Below are positions 7,910 through 16,938 of a stretch of DNA of 38,320 bases, one piece after another. The stretch is taken from the IMG/VR virus record IMGVR_UViG_3300029944_000028. The stretch is one strand, 5' to 3'. The translations under genes were made by a program, and so were the position numbers. The notes below the pieces were generated by a model. That model had not been told where the DNA came from. It saw nothing but the letters and a program-made list of their open reading frames with translations, and made no database searches. The stretch is from a virus. Every line of letters begins with the position of its first letter. The stretch's first letter is position 1.

Positions 7910-9008
7910 TGAGTTTCAGATTATTCCGCGCCAGGTGCGCTCCGCCGGCACAGATGTTCCGCCCGAAGAAATTCAGGCAGCGCTTAACTCGCTCGCGCAG
8001 CAAGTGCAAATCGCACTGAACATTCTCGCTACGCAATCGGAAACACCAACCGGCCCCGCCGGCGGCGATCTGTCCGGCACCTATCCGAATCCGACGGTCG
8101 CGGCAGTGCATGCGACGAGCGGCACTGCATCGGGCGTCGCGATTATTGCAAGCACGGTGAACAGCACCCCCGTAGGTGCGACCACGCCGAGCACGGGCGC
8201 TTTCACGACGCTATCCGCGACGACCCCCTTACCGATTGCGTCGGGGGGAACCGGAGCCAATACCGCAGCGACTGCGCGCACGGCTCTTGGGCTCGGCACG
8301 ATCGCCACACAGAACGCGAACAGCATAGCGGTCACCGGCGGCACAATCGACAACACGCCTATCGGGCAGACGACCCCGGCGGCGGTGACCGCAACCACGC
8401 TCAACTCGACGGGCGGCGCGCTCAACGGCACCGTGGGTGCGGCTACGCCGAATACGGGCGCTTTCACTGCTTTGAGCAGCACTAGCGGCGCGCTCAACGG
8501 CACCGTGGGTGCGACTACGCCGAATACCGTTGCGGCGACGACGATCGTGGCTTCGAGCACGATCACGCCTTCGCAAACAGCGGGTATCGTCGGCACGACT
8601 ACGGGTAACAACGCGAACGCGGGCAGCGTGGGCGAATTTATTTCAAGCAGTGTTTTGATCGGCGCCGCGGTACCGCTAACTTCGGGGACGCCTGCCAATA
8701 TAACCAGTATTTCGCTTACAGCGGGCGATTGGGACGTGAGCGGAACGGTGGGGTCGACGTTAGGCGTCGCCACCAACACGACAGCTTACGTAGGGAGTGT
8801 GAGCACTACTTCAGCAACGCAAGCCGCTAATCAATCGCAATTTCTTTTATCAGCCGCTTTCAACGTCGGCGCAGGGCAGAACATCCCCACGGGGACTGCG
8901 CGCTTATCGCTTGCTACGACCACAACCGTATATCTCGTAACTACTGCCTTTTTCACCGGAGGTACGCTTTCGGCGTACGGTTACATATCGGGGCGCCGTC
9001 GCCGTTAA
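7902..9008 (+). CDS. Fibre/spike-like repeat protein, 368 aa
   Basis: Four repeats of the type xGxTTPxxGAFTxLSxT, a T/G/A-rich composition, and an internal 72-bp duplication. Confidence 0.55.
   Translation: MADEFQIIPRQVRSAGTDVPPEEIQAALNSLAQQVQIALNILATQSETPTGPAGGDLSGTYPNPTVAAVHATSGTASGVAIIASTVNSTPVGATTPSTGAFTTLSATTPLPIASGGTGANTAATARTALGLGTIATQNANSIAVTGGTIDNTPIGQTTPAAVTATTLNSTGGALNGTVGAATPNTGAFTALSSTSGALNGTVGATTPNTVAATTIVASSTITPSQTAGIVGTTTGNNANAGSVGEFISSSVLIGAAVPLTSGTPANITSISLTAGDWDVSGTVGSTLGVATNTTAYVGSVSTTSATQAANQSQFLLSAAFNVGAGQNIPTGTARLSLATTTTVYLVTTAFFTGGTLSAYGYISGRRRR
8413..8527 (+). repeat. Near-perfect 43-bp direct repeat with 72-bp period inside the fibre gene
   Basis: 8413-8455 versus 8485-8527 differ at one base (gcggctac versus gcgactac). 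Encodes GALNGTVGA(A/T)TPNT twice. Confidence 0.9.
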
Positions 9009-9025
9009 TCATCAAGGAGAAAGTC

Positions 9026-9292
9026 ATGACCGTAACTGTCACCGGTAATCTTGTTAAAGCTACCCTCATCGGGGGCACTGCGAGCGGTCCTGTCAGTGTT
9101 CCGGGGCTCGAAGTGGGCGACGTAGTCTTTACAGGAGTGTTCACCGTCGGCACGACGACTACGCCGACCGACTGGCAGCCTTTCATCTCGTCCTACGAGA
9201 AGGTTATTTCCGTAGCAGATGAGTTCCAGCAGATCAACCCAGGCGATTTAAGCGTCCTCTCACTTACCCTTTACCTGTTACGCGGGCTGTAA
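9026..9292 (+). CDS. Hypothetical structural-module protein, 88 aa
   Basis: ORF track; strong SD AAGGAGAAAGTC before the ATG. Confidence 0.6.
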   Translation: MTVTVTGNLVKATLIGGTASGPVSVPGLEVGDVVFTGVFTVGTTTTPTDWQPFISSYEKVISVADEFQQINPGDLSVLSLTLYLLRGL

Positions 9293-9304
9293 AAAGCGAT
9301 TGCG

Positions 9305-9333
9305 TTGACAACTAGTAATAAACAGCATATAAC
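9305..9333 (+). promoter_or_regulatory. Near-consensus sigma70 promoter TTGACA-17-TATAAC for the head-gene block
   Basis: Read directly in the 68-bp gap before GTG 9361. AGGAG SD follows at 9350. Confidence 0.7.
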
Positions 9334-9360
9334 CGGCGAAAGCCTTTCTAGGAGCGTATC

Positions 9361-9879
9361 GTGCGCAAAAACCGTTTGGCCGAACTGATCGGCTCGTTGT
9401 TCCCGGCGATTCAGGGCCAAACCCCGACACTCGCAGATAACGGCTCGATGCCGGATCAAATCAGCCTTATCAACGCCCTCATTTCAGTGAACCCCTGGCC
9501 GGCGACTTCCTATAATGCCGCGACCAACACGACCGGATTCACCGCAACGCAACAACAAGTTATGGCAGCGGAGCAGTCGTACTTGAACTTAACCGGTACG
9601 CTCGGCGCAGGCGCAGCGCTTACCCTTCCGACTGTCGCAGCCTTGCTCGCTACCCTCACCCCGCAACAGGCGCAAGTCGGCTCGACTGTTGTGCTTCGCG
9701 TCATCAATAGTTCGGGCGGCGCATTCGCGTGGACCGTCACCACGAATACCGGTTGGACGCTTAGCGGCACGCAAAGCATCGCGCAGAACACATGGCGCGA
9801 CTTTATCGTTCAATTGACAAACGTCGGCACGACGCCTACCGCAACGATTCAGTCGGTCGGCACCGGCACCCAATCGTAA
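9361..9879 (+). CDS. Head-module protein, 172 aa, with LFP leader
   Basis: ORF track (GTG start). The N-terminus RKNRLAELIGSLFPAIQGQ is shared with scaffold and capsid. Confidence 0.65.
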   Translation: MRKNRLAELIGSLFPAIQGQTPTLADNGSMPDQISLINALISVNPWPATSYNAATNTTGFTATQQQVMAAEQSYLNLTGTLGAGAALTLPTVAALLATLTPQQAQVGSTVVLRVINSSGGAFAWTVTTNTGWTLSGTQSIAQNTWRDFIVQLTNVGTTPTATIQSVGTGTQS

Positions 9880-9889
9880 AGGCAAGACA

Positions 9890-10609
9890 ATGAATAAGCT
9901 GCTTAAAAAGCTGCTAGGCCTTCTCTTTCCGGGGATTGACGGCGATGCTGATGACCTTCCTGACGACATTGACCCACCTGATTCCGTCGATGATGGTATT
10001 GACGATCTTCCTGACGATGAGTTGCCTGACGATCCTCCTGCACGGCAGACAGCATCGCGCCGTGATGATACTGCTGACCGTTTGGCTCGGGTGGAGGCTG
10101 AAGTCGAACGCAGAGGCCGCGCAGCGGAAGAGCGGGAACGTTCGACACGCGCACCAGCGGTAGACGCGGAGTTCCAGCGCGAAGAAGAGCGCTTGCGCGC
10201 CGCCGACGTGTCGGAAATGGAACGCTGGCAGATCCAGGCAAACCGCACGTTGCGGGCTACGCAAGCCGAAGCACGGCAAGCGATGTTCCAGGCACAAGAC
10301 ATGTCGGATCGCACGCGCTTCGAATCGAAGATCGCAAGCGAACCGCGCCGCGCGAAGTACACCGAGCGCGTGGAAGAGGAAGTCAGGAAGGCGCAATCGC
10401 GCGGTCAGATGGCTTCCCGTGAAGACGTGTATTACTGGATGCTCGGCAAGGATATTGCGGACGGCAAGCTGAAGCCCAAAGCGAAAGCCTCGCCGACAGC
10501 CGGCGTACCGCGCGGCCGGACGCCCGGAGTGCGCAGCGACGTTCAGCGAGGAGGGGCGAAGTCGGATCACGAAAAGCGCGCCGCTCGTCTCGCGAACATG
10601 AATATTTAA
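9890..10609 (+). CDS. Scaffolding protein (candidate)
   Basis: 239 aa directly upstream of the capsid gene. Acidic DD-rich N-terminal region, then a highly charged R/E-rich helical region. N-terminus MNKLLKKLLGLLFPGIDGD. Confidence 0.6.
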   Translation: MNKLLKKLLGLLFPGIDGDADDLPDDIDPPDSVDDGIDDLPDDELPDDPPARQTASRRDDTADRLARVEAEVERRGRAAEERERSTRAPAVDAEFQREEERLRAADVSEMERWQIQANRTLRATQAEARQAMFQAQDMSDRTRFESKIASEPRRAKYTERVEEEVRKAQSRGQMASREDVYYWMLGKDIADGKLKPKAKASPTAGVPRGRTPGVRSDVQRGGAKSDHEKRAARLANMNI

Positions 10610-10624
10610 CCCTGAGAGGAAACC

Positions 10625-12043
10625 ATGTCCTTCCGTAAATTGGCCCTCCTTTGGGCTTCGCTGTTCCCCGGCGTAACGAATCAATCGACCAGCTTTACTG
10701 CTGACGTTGAAGCGTACATTCAAGAAGAAGTCGAACCGCTTGCGCGCCGCCAACTGGTCGCGTACCAGTTCGGCAAGCCGCTCAAGCTCGATACGAATCG
10801 CGGCACGACGTACACGGCTTCGCGCTACCAGCGCTTGCCGCTCCCGTTCGCGCCCTTGCAAGAAGGCGTGGCACCCCCCGGCGAAGCGATGACTTTGCAA
10901 CAAGTCTCGGCCACCGCGCAACAGTGGGGCGATCGCGTCATCATCACTGACGTGGCGAACCTGACCATCAAGCACCCGCTGTTTCAACAGGCGTGCGAAC
11001 TGGTCGCGTTGCAACTGCCGGAAACGCTGGAACGCAATACGTTCAACACGCTGATGGCAGCTACCCAGGTGAACTTCGCCAACGCGAAGACGAGCCGCGC
11101 GAACTTGCTGGCTACCGACGTGATGACGCCGCACGAGAACAACCGCATTGTCGGTTCGTTTCTCACCTACGGCGTACCCCGCTTCCTAGGCGACGAGCGC
11201 GAAGACATGATGATCGAGGCCGGCGCATACCGCGACCCTTCGAAGTCGCCCGCCGTCATGCAGCACTACATCGGGCTGATCCATCCGCTGTCCGCGCAAG
11301 ACATGCGCGAAAACACGACGGTCGCCACCGCCTGGTCCTACAGCGATGTGAACCGCCTGTATAACAATGAACTCGGACCCTTCGGCGGCACGCGTTTCGT
11401 TGAGTCGAACATGATGCCCTACTGGACCGGCGCGGCTCAGATCAACGGCACGGCATCGGCCTCGGGCGGCACGCTCGCGACCAACGCGGGATACCAGATC
11501 ATCGTGACCGCAGCGCCCGCGCAAACGTCCGTTGAGCAGGTGATTTATCAGGTGTCGAACGCGATCAGCGTCACCGGCCCCACGGGTTCGATCAGCGTCA
11601 CGCTGCCGCAACTGGCCGGGTACATCTTCAACGTGTACATCGGTACGTCCGCCACGCCGGGTAACCTCGCTACGGCTATCGGCCTGGGCGTACCGGTTAC
11701 CGGCCCACTCGCCGGACAAGCCACACAGTTGCAGCCGAACCAGACCGTCACCCTGACGGGCATCGGCGTAGCGCAAACGCCGCCTGCCGCCCCCGCTACG
11801 GGCGTGAGCGTGTTCCCGACGATCTTCATCGGTAACCACTCGTACGGCCAAGTGCTGCTCGAAAATCCCGAGTTCCACTACCTGACGGGCGCCGACAAGT
11901 CGGATCCGCTGAACCAAACGCGCGTCGTGTCGTGGAAGGTGTTCTACGGCTCGATCATCCTGAACCAAGCGTTTCTCGCGCGCGTTGAAGCCGGTTCGGG
12001 CTTCGCTCCGGGCTATACTGCTGGCACCGTAACCACCCCGTAA
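10625..12043 (+). CDS. Major capsid protein (HK97-fold, N4-gp56-like by recollection)
   Basis: 472 aa after the scaffold gene; strong SD GAGAGGAAACC. The family assignment is from memory, not from a search. Confidence 0.7.
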   Translation: MSFRKLALLWASLFPGVTNQSTSFTADVEAYIQEEVEPLARRQLVAYQFGKPLKLDTNRGTTYTASRYQRLPLPFAPLQEGVAPPGEAMTLQQVSATAQQWGDRVIITDVANLTIKHPLFQQACELVALQLPETLERNTFNTLMAATQVNFANAKTSRANLLATDVMTPHENNRIVGSFLTYGVPRFLGDEREDMMIEAGAYRDPSKSPAVMQHYIGLIHPLSAQDMRENTTVATAWSYSDVNRLYNNELGPFGGTRFVESNMMPYWTGAAQINGTASASGGTLATNAGYQIIVTAAPAQTSVEQVIYQVSNAISVTGPTGSISVTLPQLAGYIFNVYIGTSATPGNLATAIGLGVPVTGPLAGQATQLQPNQTVTLTGIGVAQTPPAAPATGVSVFPTIFIGNHSYGQVLLENPEFHYLTGADKSDPLNQTRVVSWKVFYGSIILNQAFLARVEAGSGFAPGYTAGTVTTP

Positions 12044-12054
12044 TCGAGGAACAG

Positions 12055-12537
12055 ATGCCACCGCGCACGCCCCACGACCCGTCGAAAGACGGGGAAGAAG
12101 ATGAGTTGAACGCAAGCGCTTCGACGGAAACGCCGGAGCAGCTTAAAGCCCGGATCGCGGACCTTGAAGCGCAATTGCGCTTGTCGGTCGGCGCGCGCTT
12201 GATCGCGGAGGAAGAGAGTTCGCGCTTGTCGGCGCAAGCTCAGTCTTCGATGTTCACGACCAACGTCACGGAGCGTTTCTCCCGCGTCGCGGAGGACGGA
12301 TCGGACGTGTACTGGTATCGTATCGATCTCGCGCCGTGCGGCGGGACCGAGATCCGGATCAACGGCGTTCCGTACTATCACGGGTCAACCTACGAGTTCC
12401 GTACCGACTTGCTGCGCACGGTGAAAGAGATTGTGTCGCGCACGTGGGATCACGAGAACAACATCATGGGCTCCAACGAGAACGTGTATAAAGTTGCGCA
12501 AGACCGCGTTCTGCGCGGCGGCGAACGTAGACACTAA
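12055..12537 (+). CDS. Hypothetical head-associated protein, 160 aa
   Basis: ORF track; SD GAGGAA; acidic N-terminus plus coiled segment. Confidence 0.6.
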   Translation: MPPRTPHDPSKDGEEDELNASASTETPEQLKARIADLEAQLRLSVGARLIAEEESSRLSAQAQSSMFTTNVTERFSRVAEDGSDVYWYRIDLAPCGGTEIRINGVPYYHGSTYEFRTDLLRTVKEIVSRTWDHENNIMGSNENVYKVAQDRVLRGGERRH

Positions 12538-12545
12538 GAGGAATC

Positions 12546-12929
12546 ATGGAAGAAAAAGTCGCAGTTTTGGGTAACTTCCAAATCAATATGCCGGGGCCGA
12601 ACGGCGCTTCGCTGTCGATCAGTGGCTATCTGTACGCCGACGAGTCGCAAGACTCGTTGAACGAGCGGATGGACCTGTGCCGCGATTCGCTCGCGCGCCA
12701 GCAGCAAGCGCTTGAAATCCCCGTACTGGAAGAGCGGCTCGGCCAGCTGGAGCGTACGAAGATCCAGATCATGGAAGCGTATGCCGACTTGATGGAAAAG
12801 CAAAAGCGCAAGCAATTGCCGTCCGCTGAAGCGTCGCACCTCAAGAACTACCCGACGCAGATCAAACACATCGACGAAGAAATCGCCAAGGGCAAGGCGA
12901 AGATTGGCCTGGTCAAGAAGGCGGCGTAA
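12546..12929 (+). CDS. Hypothetical coiled-coil protein, 127 aa
   Basis: ORF track; SD GAGGAA. Confidence 0.6.
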   Translation: MEEKVAVLGNFQINMPGPNGASLSISGYLYADESQDSLNERMDLCRDSLARQQQALEIPVLEERLGQLERTKIQIMEAYADLMEKQKRKQLPSAEASHLKNYPTQIKHIDEEIAKGKAKIGLVKKAA

Positions 12930-13639
12930 TGGCGTATCTGACGTCACAGCAAATTGTCTCTCTCGCGTGCTCGATCGCGAAGTGCCCCGGCTTCCTCGCG
13001 CAGGGCGGGCAGTTTCTGAACATGACGTTGGAAGACTTGTGGTTGCACCGTGACCTGAAGATTAACCGGGTCACGGAATTTATCACGGTGCAAGCTAATA
13101 ATTACGGCCCTTTCACGCTGCCGCAGAACTACCAGCGGACCTACGATCTGTTCTTTCAGCAGAACAACTTGCCGTACTTCCTGAATCCGATCAGTACGGA
13201 AGAGTACGATCAGGAATTTAAAGACCCGTCGATTGCGAACTACCCCTACGAGTTCATGACGACGCTGTTTGACGAGACGACAGCGCTTCAGCAAGTGCCG
13301 CCGTCCGCCGGTAACCTGTACATCTACCCGCAGTCGTCGGGCGCGATCACGCTTACGCACCGGTACATGGTGAAGCAGCCGGATATCTCCGCGCCTGAGT
13401 CGTCGCAGATCATCCCGTGGTTCCCCGATCAGGATTACTTGATCACGGCCACCGCTGCGCGATTGATGCAGATTACGGACGATTCGCGCCGCGACAAGTT
13501 TCTTGCCGATATGGACAAAATGTTGCGCATCCAACTGATTATGCAGGGGGATGAGCAAAAGGTGGTGAACAGTGTCCGCCTAGATCCTAGACGTTTCCAT
13601 TCGAACCGCAGTCTAAAGCCGACGAAGATTACGAATTGA
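12929..13639 (+). CDS. Putative head-tail adaptor / tail tubular A-like protein, 236 aa
   Basis: Position between head and tail genes; TAATG coupling. The function is positional inference only. Confidence 0.45.
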   Translation: MAYLTSQQIVSLACSIAKCPGFLAQGGQFLNMTLEDLWLHRDLKINRVTEFITVQANNYGPFTLPQNYQRTYDLFFQQNNLPYFLNPISTEEYDQEFKDPSIANYPYEFMTTLFDETTALQQVPPSAGNLYIYPQSSGAITLTHRYMVKQPDISAPESSQIIPWFPDQDYLITATAARLMQITDDSRRDKFLADMDKMLRIQLIMQGDEQKVVNSVRLDPRRFHSNRSLKPTKITN

Positions 13640-14098
13640 TTACAGCCACCCTTCTCCTCGCTTAATGCGAGTAATGGTCGAATGAACAACGCCTAACTCC
13701 TTCGCGATGCTATTACATGACTGCCCGGATTGGATCAGCAAACGAATCTGGGCTACCTGCTCAGCGGTGAATTTCGCCCTTACGTTTGTCTCGCCAGCAA
13801 AACCGCGTGCTCGACGTTTAGCTTTCATATCAGCCATGTTGACCAAATGCGAGCCCAAGAACAGGTGGTCAGGGTTGACGCAGCAAGTAACGTCGCAGCG
13901 ATGCAATACGTGCCATTGCCCGGGGTCGTTTTTGTGGATTAACCACGAGAAGCGATGGGCTTTCACTGGGCGACCGTCGATACCTAATGCGCCGTACCCG
14001 TACGCGTCAAGGCCTGCCGTCCACACCCAGCATCCGGCTTCCGGGATGCGCTCGATTTTTTCAAAGAACCGTATTACGGGGTCGCGCTTAGCAGGCAT
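13640..14098 (-). CDS. HNH homing endonuclease with C-terminal HTH
   Basis: AHRFSW...HVLHRCD...CCVNPDHLFLGSHLVNMADM (HNH_3-type) and a C-terminal SCNSIAKELGVVHSTITRIKRG helix-turn-helix. Antisense within the late operon. Confidence 0.85.
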   Translation of the reverse strand: MPAKRDPVIRFFEKIERIPEAGCWVWTAGLDAYGYGALGIDGRPVKAHRFSWLIHKNDPGQWHVLHRCDVTCCVNPDHLFLGSHLVNMADMKAKRRARGFAGETNVRAKFTAEQVAQIRLLIQSGQSCNSIAKELGVVHSTITRIKRGEGWL

Positions 14099-14124
14099 TG
14101 TCTTTCTCCTTGTTTGTCTGTTTC

Positions 14125-14153
14125 ACTATAACAAGGAATTTTCAAAATGCCAA
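14125..14153 (-). promoter_or_regulatory. Putative promoter of the HNH gene (TTGGCA-17-TGtTATAGT)
   Basis: Minus strand reads TTGGCATTTTGAAAATTCCTTGTTATAGTG. The -35 overlaps the ATG of the rightward gene at 14147. Confidence 0.45.
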
Positions 14154-15769
14154 TAGCAAGATCCTACCCGGTTCAGCTCACGCCGAAAGGTTTGTGTGAT
14201 GCTTACGACTCGTCACAAGCATTTCCCGGCGCATGCCGCGCGCTCACGAACCTGATATTCGACCGGGGAAACCCTGAACTAGTCGTGTCACGCCCCGGCG
14301 TCGGCGCGGCGGTAACCACGTTTGCGGGCTTCACGACGCCGACGTTCGTTTCGGTGTTCATTACGATTGGCGCCATGGTTTACGGCATGGTTTCGACCGG
14401 GCGTAACCCAGGCTTTGACGAGCCCTTCGCTTATAACCTGCTTACGAACTTATTCGTCACGATCTCCGGGGTGAACTCCGCTAACGTGCCCGCGTCTCCC
14501 GCGACTTCGGGCGCGTGGACACCGCCCACGATGGCGGTAATCAGCACGAAGATTATCGTAACGCATCCGGGGTTTAGCGGCGTCGGCGCAGGTTTTTTCG
14601 GCGTCATTGACATATCGACGCCTGCTACACCCGCATGGTCTGCGGCAAACACCGCGACGAACGCCTTGCCGGGAGTGCCGACTTCGGTCGCGAACTTCAA
14701 TAACCGGGCGTGGTTCTCGGTCGCCAACATCGACTATTTCAGCGATGTGCTTGCGCCGACTACCCGCACAAACGCTACACAGTCCGTCACCCTGGGCGAC
14801 ACGACGCCGATCACCGCGCAGTCGGGTTTGCCTGTCACGACCACTTCTTCGGGGGTGCTCGGCGCGCTGATCGTGTTTAAAGGCACACAGATTTGGCAGA
14901 TCACGGGCGATATAACCACGAACAACTTGGCGCTGAACTTCATCTCGCTCACGACGGGCTGCATTGCACCTCGAAGTATTTCGCAAGTCCCGTTCGGTAT
15001 CGTGTTCGCGGGCTTGGACGCGCCTTACGTGCTCAGTTTCTTGGGCGCACTCTCAGCGCTCACGCACCAGCTCGGCAGTCAGACGGACGCCGACTTGCAA
15101 GTGCCTTTCCAGAATGCCACCGTGCCTTCGCGCATGGCGGCGTCGTTTGCCGGGAACATCTATCGGGTTTGCGTGCCGACAAGCATTTCGGGTGTTGCGC
15201 AAACGAATGACTACTGGTTCGATATCCGGCGCATGCGCTGGAACGGCCCGCACACGTTCGCTTATGACTGTGCAGCGGAGCAGGGGAACGGCTTCATCTT
15301 GTCGGGGGCGTCGCAAGGCGCAGCACTCTTCAGCAGCGCCTCGGCCCCCGCTCAAAACAGCGTGTATAACGACGCCGGTACGCAGTTGAACGTATCGCTC
15401 GCGTCGTCTACGTTCCCGAAGACCAACCACATGGCGCAGTTGCAAGTGATCGAGTCAACGCAGGAGTTGACTTCGACGGGTACGCCAGTCAACTACAACA
15501 TCACGGCAGTGGATGAGAAAGGCAATACGCTGAACAGCACCTACGTGATGACGCAGGCGGTCGGCGGCGTGTGGGGGACCGGTACGTGGGGTTCAGGCCT
15601 GCTGTGGAGTTCGACGGTGAACGTGCCCCAGGTGTACACGGTCCCGTGGTCCGCGCCCTTGGTGTTTCAGAAGATGGCTCTAAGCATCACGGCCACGTCT
15701 TCGAGCAGCCTTTCGATAGGCACTTTCTACGCACGCTATCAGGACACCGGTTATACCGGCCAGGGATAA
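14147..15769 (+). CDS. Tail structural protein, 540 aa (tail tubular B / nozzle candidate)
   Basis: Large ORF in the tail region of the late operon. Function inferred from position only. Confidence 0.5.
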   Translation: MPIARSYPVQLTPKGLCDAYDSSQAFPGACRALTNLIFDRGNPELVVSRPGVGAAVTTFAGFTTPTFVSVFITIGAMVYGMVSTGRNPGFDEPFAYNLLTNLFVTISGVNSANVPASPATSGAWTPPTMAVISTKIIVTHPGFSGVGAGFFGVIDISTPATPAWSAANTATNALPGVPTSVANFNNRAWFSVANIDYFSDVLAPTTRTNATQSVTLGDTTPITAQSGLPVTTTSSGVLGALIVFKGTQIWQITGDITTNNLALNFISLTTGCIAPRSISQVPFGIVFAGLDAPYVLSFLGALSALTHQLGSQTDADLQVPFQNATVPSRMAASFAGNIYRVCVPTSISGVAQTNDYWFDIRRMRWNGPHTFAYDCAAEQGNGFILSGASQGAALFSSASAPAQNSVYNDAGTQLNVSLASSTFPKTNHMAQLQVIESTQELTSTGTPVNYNITAVDEKGNTLNSTYVMTQAVGGVWGTGTWGSGLLWSSTVNVPQVYTVPWSAPLVFQKMALSITATSSSSLSIGTFYARYQDTGYTGQG

Positions 15770-15772
15770 ATC

Positions 15773-16507
15773 ATGCCAATCATCGGTACGCTTCCGAACA
15801 ACATTCAAGACGGGCAGATTATCGACGCTGTTCCTGTCATGGCGGATTTCAACTTCATCGTCAATCAGGTGAACGCGAACGCGCAGCAAAACACCGTACC
15901 TTCTACCGGCGCGCTGATTGCGGTTCGCCAATTCATTACCAGCACTACGTACACGCCGACACTCGGCACGAACAGCATCATCGCTGAGATGGTCGGCGGC
16001 GGCGGCGGCGGCGGCGGTGCGCCGGCAACAGGCGCTTCTCAGGTATCGGCAGGTGGCCCCGGCGGCGCCGGCGGTTACTTGCGGCAATACGCGATTACCG
16101 GGTTCAGTGGCGTCACCCTGACTGTCGGCACGGGCGGGGCAGGCGGCACGGGCGCCGCTGGCTCGAACGGTACGGCGTCGGCTCTTGCGCTAAACGGAGG
16201 CACCGTCCAGGCGAACGGGGGTTTCGGCGGCACACTGGCCGGCCCCGGAACACTTGCTTTGGGCCCTCCGGGTGCAGGTGGCATCACCACACCGGGAAAC
16301 ATCGTCAGCAGTACAGGCGCTCAGGCAGGGTTCAGTTCGCTTGCTTCACAAACCCTTGGGCTATTAGCCGCAGCCGGAGGCCCGCCGTCCGTACTTGGGC
16401 CTAGTTTCGGCGCAGGCGGTGCGGGGAGTGCCGCCGGCGGAAGTTCAGGAGGAGCAACGGGCGGCGCGGGAGCCCAAGGTGTCGTAATCATCTACGAATA
16501 CGCCTAA
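15773..16507 (+). CDS. Glycine-rich tail fibre / receptor-binding candidate, 244 aa
   Basis: N-terminus ...DGQIIDAVPVMADFNFIVNQVN typical of fibre N-termini by recollection. Gly-rich body including GGGGGGG encoded by (CGG)8 at 15994-16017. Confidence 0.55.
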   Translation: MPIIGTLPNNIQDGQIIDAVPVMADFNFIVNQVNANAQQNTVPSTGALIAVRQFITSTTYTPTLGTNSIIAEMVGGGGGGGGAPATGASQVSAGGPGGAGGYLRQYAITGFSGVTLTVGTGGAGGTGAAGSNGTASALALNGGTVQANGGFGGTLAGPGTLALGPPGAGGITTPGNIVSSTGAQAGFSSLASQTLGLLAAAGGPPSVLGPSFGAGGAGSAAGGSSGGATGGAGAQGVVIIYEYA

Positions 16508-16529
16508 AATACGCTAAACGGGGAAACTG

Positions 16530-16721
16530 ATGGATGATAGAACGCTCAGCGAAGGCGATGTTAGGGCCATAGTGGACGAACTTGAAAAACGGGCCACGCA
16601 GCGCTTCCAGCTGAACATAGGCCGGGGCGTGATCGGCCTGGCGTGGAAGACGGGGATTTACCTAGTCATCTGGCTAGCGGCGTATGGCGCTGGCGGCGGT
16701 TTTAAACGGTTTTTCCAATAG
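16530..16721 (+). CDS. Small membrane protein, 63 aa (holin/antiholin candidate)
   Basis: One C-terminal hydrophobic span VIGLAWKTGIYLVIWLAAYGAGGGF. First gene of the lysis cluster. Confidence 0.5.
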   Translation: MDDRTLSEGDVRAIVDELEKRATQRFQLNIGRGVIGLAWKTGIYLVIWLAAYGAGGGFKRFFQ

Positions 16722-16731
16722 GAGCAACACC

Positions 16732-16938
16732 ATGTTTGCAGCACTCGAAGCGGAATTCAACACCATCATTAACGACGCCAAATCGATCGGCGAAAAGCTC
16801 GAAGCCCTGGTCGGCCTGCACGCGAAGGTGTCCGCAGTTGAAGCGCTTGCCGCGCCGATGACCGCGATCATCGAGGACGCGAGTAAGACGACCGAACAGA
16901 AGGTCACGGAAATCCTGACCGCAGTAGGCAAGCTGTGA
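16732..16938 (+). CDS. Hypothetical helical protein, 68 aa
   Basis: Internal ATG of track ORF 16684..16938, preceded by GGAG. Confidence 0.5.
   Translation: MFAALEAEFNTIINDAKSIGEKLEALVGLHAKVSAVEALAAPMTAIIEDASKTTEQKVTEILTAVGKL

Noticed and set aside
9914-12115. Long minus-strand ORFs 9914..11134 and 11186..12115, antisense to the scaffold and capsid genes
   Set aside because: Both have Arg-rich shadow-frame composition. The sense genes have strong SDs, coupling and recognisable structural context.
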